This document shows positions 58,203-64,000 of a stretch of DNA of 64,000 nucleotides, piece after piece. The notes beneath the pieces were generated by a model that did not search any database, had not been told where the DNA came from, and saw only the letters and a program-made list of their open reading frames with translations. The position numbers were made by a program, and so were the translations under genes. Every line of letters starts with the position of its first letter. Positions within the stretch are counted from its first letter, which is position 1. Source of the DNA: an uncultured delta proteobacterium (GTDB lineage: Bacteria > Myxococcota_A > Polyangia > Fen-1088); assembly GCA_963737265.1 (NCBI GenBank), contig CAVTRY010000023.1, positions 128,001 to 192,000 on the forward strand, in the 5' to 3' direction.

Positions 58203-60907
58203 TCAACCGGTTCTCATCCCGCGCCCGCCCGCTCAACCAGGCCTTCCTGCGCCAACGGTTGCGCGGGGCGCGGCGCTACCGCCGCATCGCCGGCTACTTC
58301 CGCAGCTCGCTGCTCGAGCTGGTTCACGAGGAGGTGGACAGCGTCGAGCACGTCGAGATCGTTTGCAACAGCGACCTAGATCCCCAGGATCTCCGCGTGG
58401 CCCAGCTTCGCGACCTTGCCCTGCGAGAGAAATGGAACGAGAGCCCGCCCGAGGCCGAGGCCATCTTCGGACGGGAGCGCTATCGCCGGCTCTACGAACT
58501 ATTGCGAAAAGGCAGCTTGGAAGTGCGGGTGGTCGGCCGAAACGCGCTCTTCTTGCACGGCAAAGCCGGCGTGATCGAAGCCGCGGACGGCGGCCGAATT
58601 GCCTTCATGGGCAGCGTGAACGAAACCCGCGAAGGCTGGTCCGAGCACTACGAGCTGCTGTGGGAGGACGACAGCCCCGAAGCGTCGGATTGGGTCGAGG
58701 GCGAGTTCCAGTATCTGTGGGATCAGGCCGTTCCCCTGCCCGAGGTTATCCTGGACGAGATCGAACGATCGTCGCGCCGGGTGGAATACCGTTCGATCGA
58801 CGAGGTGCCGCCGTCCGAGCTGCCCAAGGCTGCCATGGCCGAAGCGCCGATCTTCCGACGCGGCGAGGGCCTGATGCCATGGCAGCGCGCCTTCGTGTCC
58901 ATGTTCCTCGACCACCGGGAAACCTACGGGTCGACGCGACTGCTGCTGGCCGACGAGGTTGGGCTAGGCAAGACGCTCTCGCTCGCCACCAGCGCCGTCC
59001 TCGGCTGCCTCTTGCGCGACGGCCCGGTGCTCATTCTCTGCCCCGCCACCCTGACCCAGCAGTGGCAGACCGAGCTGTGGGACAAGCTGGGCGTTCCCTC
59101 TGCGGTGTGGACCAGCCAGAAGACTTGGCTCGACCACACCGGCCATCACATCAAGACGCGCGGGGGAAGCGACGTCGGGCTTTGCCCCTACCAGATCGGC
59201 ATCGTCTCGACCGGGCTCATCTTCCGCGGTCACTCGGTCGAGCGGGAGATCCTGCGCAAGCAGCCGTTCGGCACACTGGTTCTTGACGAAGCCCACCGGG
59301 CGCGGCGAGGTGCGGGCACTGGCCCGAGCGCAGACGACCCCAACAATCTGCTTTCGTTCATGTTGGAAGCGGCCAAGAACGCGCGCCACGTGATTCTAGG
59401 CACCGCCACCCCGATCCAGACCGAAGTCCGGGAGCTGTGGGATCTGCTCGAGATCCTGGGCAATGGCGCCGAGCATGTTCTCGGACGCGCTTATAGTCGG
59501 TGGCGCGCCCCGCCTGACGTCCTACCGCTGGTCACTGGCGAGAAGGGCATCCAGGATCCGGGCGAGGGCTGGGATCTCATCCGGAACCCTCTGCCACCCG
59601 CGCGCGAGGATTCGCTGTTCATGCAAGCCCGGCAGGACATCAATCTGCCAGAGCGGGAGTTCTTCACGGCCCATCCTCTGGTGGAGCTGCCCCGAGAGAC
59701 GCAGCAACTGGTCGAGGATCGCCTGCTCGTCCGCCGGGATGGTCTTCGCTTCTTCCAGCGTCAGAACCCGATGGTCCGGCACACGGTCTTGCGCAAGCGC
59801 GGCACGCTGGAGGAGCGTGGATTGCTGCCCAAGATTGGCGTGGATCTCCACCCATCCGACCAGGACAGTGGGGGCTCGCTCTTCGACGGCATCGCTCTGC
59901 ACACCAGCCCAGCCATCGATGGCGCTTACCAGGCCGCGCAGGCGTTCACAGACGAGCTCAAGAAGCGGATGCCGGCGGCGGGCTTTCTCAAGAGCCTTCT
60001 GCTGCAACGGATCTGTTCGAGCCTGGAAGCGGGCCGGACGACCGCCGAACGGCTCCTGGCGAAGAACGGGGCCGTGGAAGATGTCGATGTGGCGGGCGAT
60101 GACGACACTTCGGATGATGAGGAGGCTGGTCTCGAACCGCTGGTGTCCGAAGAGCGCACGGCCCTGCAAGAGGTCATCGCGCACCTGAAGAGCCGGCCCA
60201 GCGACCCCAAGCTCGATGCCGTCTGGCACTTCCTCACCGGCGCCAAGCCCGTGCCCTGGCTGGAGCTGGGCTGCATCATCTTCAGCCAGTACTACGACAC
60301 CGCCTACTGGGCGGCAGAATCCCTGGCCGCCAGGCTGCCCGCTGAGCGGATCGCGGTCTACGCCGGCGCCGACCGGAGTGGCATCTACCACGAAGGCCGG
60401 TGGACCAACATCGATCGCAACATCATCAAGAAGGCAGTCAAGGATCGCCAGATTCGCCTGGTCTTGGCCACCGACGCCGCTTGCGAGGGCCTGAACCTCC
60501 AGACCCTCGGCACGCTGATCAACATCGATCTACCTTGGAACCCCTCCCGCCTGGAGCAACGCCTGGGCCGCATCAAGCGCATCGGCCAGGTCCGCGACAG
60601 CGTGGACATGCTGAACCTCGTCTACCGCAGCACGCGCGACGAGGACATCTACAGCCGCCTATCCACCCGGATGAAGGACCGCTTCGACATCTTCGGCGCC
60701 CTGCCCGACGTCATCGAGGCCGAGTGGATCGACGACATCGAGCTGCTCGACGAGAAGATGAGCCAGTTCATCGACCGCAAGCGCCGCCAGAACGCCTTCG
60801 ACATCCGCTACGACAGCACCATCGACGCTGGCGGAGAACGCTGGGAACGCTGCGCGAATGTACTCTCGCGGCGCGACCTGGTCGAATGGCTCTCAAAGGG
60901 ATGGTAG
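58199..60907 (+). CDS. phospholipase-D-like nuclease fused to SNF2-type helicase
   Basis: LHGKAGVIE...GSVNET; LADEVGLGKT, LDEAH, TATP, ACEGLNL, PWNPSRLEQRLGRIKR; ATGA overlap. Confidence 0.92.
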   Translation: MINRFSSRARPLNQAFLRQRLRGARRYRRIAGYFRSSLLELVHEEVDSVEHVEIVCNSDLDPQDLRVAQLRDLALREKWNESPPEAEAIFGRERYRRLYELLRKGSLEVRVVGRNALFLHGKAGVIEAADGGRIAFMGSVNETREGWSEHYELLWEDDSPEASDWVEGEFQYLWDQAVPLPEVILDEIERSSRRVEYRSIDEVPPSELPKAAMAEAPIFRRGEGLMPWQRAFVSMFLDHRETYGSTRLLLADEVGLGKTLSLATSAVLGCLLRDGPVLILCPATLTQQWQTELWDKLGVPSAVWTSQKTWLDHTGHHIKTRGGSDVGLCPYQIGIVSTGLIFRGHSVEREILRKQPFGTLVLDEAHRARRGAGTGPSADDPNNLLSFMLEAAKNARHVILGTATPIQTEVRELWDLLEILGNGAEHVLGRAYSRWRAPPDVLPLVTGEKGIQDPGEGWDLIRNPLPPAREDSLFMQARQDINLPEREFFTAHPLVELPRETQQLVEDRLLVRRDGLRFFQRQNPMVRHTVLRKRGTLEERGLLPKIGVDLHPSDQDSGGSLFDGIALHTSPAIDGAYQAAQAFTDELKKRMPAAGFLKSLLLQRICSSLEAGRTTAERLLAKNGAVEDVDVAGDDDTSDDEEAGLEPLVSEERTALQEVIAHLKSRPSDPKLDAVWHFLTGAKPVPWLELGCIIFSQYYDTAYWAAESLAARLPAERIAVYAGADRSGIYHEGRWTNIDRNIIKKAVKDRQIRLVLATDAACEGLNLQTLGTLINIDLPWNPSRLEQRLGRIKRIGQVRDSVDMLNLVYRSTRDEDIYSRLSTRMKDRFDIFGALPDVIEAEWIDDIELLDEKMSQFIDRKRRQNAFDIRYDSTIDAGGERWERCANVLSRRDLVEWLSKGW

Positions 60908-60927
60908 ATAAGCCAGGTGACTAGGCC

Positions 60928-62010
60928 ATGTTGAACCAGATCGAAATCAAGGGGTTCAAGTCCATCAGGGAGGCGAAGTTCGACCTTCGCATGCTCAACC
61001 TGCTTATCGGAGCGAACGGCGCGGGCAAGAGCAACCTCGTGGCGGTGTTCGGCCTTCTCAACCAGATGGTCGAAGGCCGCCTCCAGCCCACCGTGACCAA
61101 GCTCGGCGGGGCTTCGACCTTGCTGCATGGTGGGCCAAAACATACCGAGAAAATCGGCCTAGGGCTGACCTTCGGCCACAACGGCTACCAGGCCACGCTC
61201 GAACATGCCCAGGACGATTCGCTCTTCTTCGCCGAGGAGTACGCCTCGTTTCGAGGTGATCGGTATCCGACGCCATACGTGGAGTCTCTTGGGGCTGGCC
61301 ACAAGGAGTCGAGACTTCTCGAATTGGCCGCCCAACGGCCGGTTGTCCGCCACGTTCTCGAGGCTCTTCGTTCCTGGCGGGTCTACCACTTCCACGACAC
61401 GAGCCCTGGCGCAGCGGTGAAGCGCAAAGGTGCCCTTGACGACAATGCGACCCTGCGCTCGGACGCCGCGAATCTTGCGGCCTTCCTCTACCGATTGGAA
61501 GAGAACGAGAACGATGCCTACCGGCGAATCGTCGCAGCGGTCCAACAGGTGACGCCGTTTTTCGCGGAGTTTCGTCTTGGTCCAGACCGTCTCCGCCCGG
61601 ATCAGATCCAACTCGAATGGACCGAGCGCGACTCCGATTCCTACTTCAACGCCCATGCGTTTTCGGACGGAACCCTGCGTTTCATCTGCTTGGCAACGCT
61701 TCTCCTGCAGCCAGTGCTGCCCTCGCTCATTCTGATCGACGAACCCGAGCTCGGTCTCCATCCCTACGCGATCGCCCAGCTCGCCGCTTTGTTCAAGAGC
61801 GCCTCGACGCGAACGCAGGTCCTGGTGGCCACGCAGTCGGTGACGTTGATGAACCAGTTCGAGCCAGCCGACGTGGTCGTCGTCGATCGCAAGGATGGTC
61901 AATCGACCTTCCGGCGCATCGACGAAAAGGAGATCGACGCTTGGAAGGATAGCTACGCTCTCGGCGAACTTTGGGAGAAGAACGTCCTCGGCGGGCGGCC
62001 CCAACGATGA
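60928..62010 (+). CDS. ABC-type (AAA_21-like) ATPase
   Basis: IKGFKS, GANGAGKSN, YHFHDT, FSDGTLR, LIDEPELGLHP, VATQS. Confidence 0.92.
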   Translation: MLNQIEIKGFKSIREAKFDLRMLNLLIGANGAGKSNLVAVFGLLNQMVEGRLQPTVTKLGGASTLLHGGPKHTEKIGLGLTFGHNGYQATLEHAQDDSLFFAEEYASFRGDRYPTPYVESLGAGHKESRLLELAAQRPVVRHVLEALRSWRVYHFHDTSPGAAVKRKGALDDNATLRSDAANLAAFLYRLEENENDAYRRIVAAVQQVTPFFAEFRLGPDRLRPDQIQLEWTERDSDSYFNAHAFSDGTLRFICLATLLLQPVLPSLILIDEPELGLHPYAIAQLAALFKSASTRTQVLVATQSVTLMNQFEPADVVVVDRKDGQSTFRRIDEKEIDAWKDSYALGELWEKNVLGGRPQR

Positions 62011-62663
62011 AGAAGGTGCTGATCCTGGTCGAAGGCCAGACGGAGGAGACGGTCGTTCGCGACGTGCTGTCTCCCTATCTCAGCAGCCAAGACACTTATC
62101 TGGACCCCATCATTCTGAAGACCAAGCGGGAAAAGTGGGGGACTAGCTTCAAGGGCGGCGTCCGATCCTTCGACCAGGTTCGGCGGGACCTTCTGCCGCT
62201 CCTCGGCGACACCTCCGCGGCTGGGGTCACGACACTCATCGACTATTACGGTCTGCCGCAGGATTTTCCTGGAATGGATTCACGCCCTTTAGGCGACTTC
62301 CATGCCCGGGTCCAACACGTCGAGAGCGCATTTGCCAAGACCATCGACCATCCTCGCTTCATTCCCCACCTGACCCTGCACGAGTTGGAGGCGTGGGTGT
62401 TCGTTGCTCCGCAGAAATGCTCCTGGGTCTTCCCGCAAAAGGACATGCCTCGTAAGCTCGTGGAAATTCGTCAGGGTTCGGGTGGCGCCGAAAACATCAA
62501 CGAGAACCCGGAGACGGCGCCATCGAAACGCATTCTTCGGATTGCCGAGGACTACCAGAAGGCGTTGCATGGACCCATGGCAATCGGCGCGATAGGGATG
62601 GACGCAATTCGCAAGGCTTGTCCACACGCGGATGCCTGGCTAGGGCGCATCGAAGCCCTGTAG
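62007..62663 (+). CDS. DUF4276 family TOPRIM-like protein
   Basis: ILVEGQTEE, TTLIDYYGLP, LHELEAW, ENIN..PETAPSKRI, YQKALHG, IRKACPH; ATGA overlap with ATPase. Confidence 0.88.
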   Translation: MKKVLILVEGQTEETVVRDVLSPYLSSQDTYLDPIILKTKREKWGTSFKGGVRSFDQVRRDLLPLLGDTSAAGVTTLIDYYGLPQDFPGMDSRPLGDFHARVQHVESAFAKTIDHPRFIPHLTLHELEAWVFVAPQKCSWVFPQKDMPRKLVEIRQGSGGAENINENPETAPSKRILRIAEDYQKALHGPMAIGAIGMDAIRKACPHADAWLGRIEAL

Positions 62664-62707
62664 TCGAGTAGAGGAACTCGGTCATGGGGATGAATTCGTC
62701 GCCCAGC

Positions 62708-63159
62708 TTGGCATCACTGCTGTCCTGCACACCTGGACGAGAGAGATGCTCCTTCATCCTCGTGTCCACTGTATCGTCACCGGCGGCGGTCTTGCGCGCG
62801 ACCCGAGCCAGTGGGTACCGGCGCCGCACGACTTTCTATTTCCCGTCCATGTAGTGCGCGCTCTCTTTCGTGGCAAGTTCATGGCCGGCTTGCAAGAGCT
62901 GCTCAACAAAGGCGAGTTGCACGACGATGTACCGGACCGCGCTGCCCGTCGCCGCCGGCAGCGCCTGTACAAGACAAGCTGGGTCGTCTATGCCAAGCGG
63001 CCCTTCGGCGGCCCCGAGCAAGTGTTTCGCTATCTCGGCCGATACACCCATCGCGTGGCCATCAGCGACGCTCGCCTCGTGAGCGTGGACGACCAGACGG
63101 TCGTTTTCCGTACCCACGCGCCAACTCGCGCCCCGCCATGGAACGCTGGTACCGTATGA
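62708..63159 (+). pseudogene. IS91-family (Y2) transposase internal fragment
   Basis: LHTW...HPRVHCIVTGGGL (HUH altered), FRGKF, WVVYAK, YLGRYTHRVAIS; truncated at both ends. Confidence 0.85.
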
Positions 63160-63405
63160 CCGCCGGGACTAGTACGACCCCTCTCCGGTTTTCGTGATGT
63201 CGTGGCCACCCGTCTGTCCGCAGTCAACGCCCCGATCATCAACCCCCAGGCGCCGTGTGGGGTTTCTACACAACGAAGGGCACCGTGAAGTGCCTCCCTA
63301 AACTCAGCAATGGCCGGGCTTCCGCCTTTTCTGGCCACTCGGATCGGTCCAGGAACCTTCCTTCGCAATCCCGCAAAGTTGCCCCTTCACGTTGTTCATG
63401 TCTGC

Positions 63406-64000
63406 ATGCAGCCGGCCTGTCCCGAGCCGAGACCCGCGACATCACCGCCCCGACGCGCTAGTGTTCGCGTCGGTGATTCCGCCATGCCTTCCGGGCCCAA
63501 TCTCCACACTCCCATTGTTCCCACCGACCCGAGCCTTGCCGGCCACATCGTCGGCGGCTGCCGCCTGGTGGAGTTGCTCGGCGTGGGCGGCATGGGCGCG
63601 GTGTGGAGAGCGCAGCACCTGGCGCTGGACGTCCCGGTGGCCATCAAGCTCATGCTGCCGATCCAAGAAGTGGACCCGAATGCCGGCGAACGGCTGCTGC
63701 GCGAGGCGCGCGCGGCAGCGCGCTTGCGCCATCCCAATATCGTCGGCGTCCTCAACGTCGGCGAAGATGCCGGTCTGCCGTTCCTGGTCATGGAGCTGGT
63801 CGAGGGTCAGAGCTTGCAGATGCTGATCGACCACAGCGGCGCCCTGCCAGTCGGCGAGGCAGTTGGCTTCGCGCTGCAGATCCTGGGCGCTCTCGAGCTT
63901 ACCTTCGAGCACGGAATCGTCCACCGCGACGTCAAGCCGGACAACATCCTGATCGACAAGCGCGGCGTCGCCAAGCTGGCGGATTTGGGCCTGGCCAAAC
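63406..64000 (+). CDS. Ser/Thr protein kinase (partial, runs off window; start 63406 or 63484)
   Basis: LGVGGMGAVW, VAIK, HPNIV, HRDVKPDN, DLGLAK; absent from the ORF track because no stop lies in the window. Confidence 0.9.
   Translation, partial: MQPACPEPRPATSPPRRASVRVGDSAMPSGPNLHTPIVPTDPSLAGHIVGGCRLVELLGVGGMGAVWRAQHLALDVPVAIKLMLPIQEVDPNAGERLLREARAAARLRHPNIVGVLNVGEDAGLPFLVMELVEGQSLQMLIDHSGALPVGEAVGFALQILGALELTFEHGIVHRDVKPDNILIDKRGVAKLADLGLAK

Noticed and set aside
1-64000. tRNA, rRNA, reverse transcriptase or TnpB/IscB nuclease genes
   Set aside because: No recognisable signatures by eye; a tRNAscan/Infernal run would be needed to exclude small RNAs.

Overview
GC-rich bacterial window. 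The gene content (Ser/Thr kinases, TPR/PEGA proteins, Gly-rich Cys-rich lipoproteins, Uma2) suggests an uncultured Myxococcota (Polyangia-like) genome; this is inference. 1-34 kb holds signalling, metabolic and secreted-protein genes: larB/larC, pfkA, argS, an SDR/TetR pair, a GH12 glycoside hydrolase, YfhO and PAS kinases, mixed with decayed toxin-antitoxin, Uma2 and AAA fragments. 34.5-36.6 kb is a nested mobile structure: a complete IS4-family element (17-bp IRs, 11-bp target duplication) inside an IR-bounded GxxExxY cassette. 36.8-41.1 kb is an NADH-linked [FeFe]-hydrogenase locus with a fused HydC-HydB gene, and each of its two genes has a +1 frameshift. 41-50 kb is mobile-element debris (serine recombinase, PAAR/RHS, IS66/DUF4338, ArdC) around an intact Y1/HUH (RAYT-like) transposase. 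That gene is followed by a hairpin and a ~745-bp irregular array built from one ~25-29-nt unit; a related mini-array at 24.1 kb truncates a PIN toxin gene. 51.6-62.7 kb is an intact six-gene defence operon: DUF499 ATPase, DUF3780, DUF1156 methylase and PLD-SNF2 helicase, extended by an ABC-ATPase/TOPRIM-like (DUF4276) pair. No rRNA, tRNA or CRISPR array was seen. All family calls come from motif recognition by eye, not database searches.
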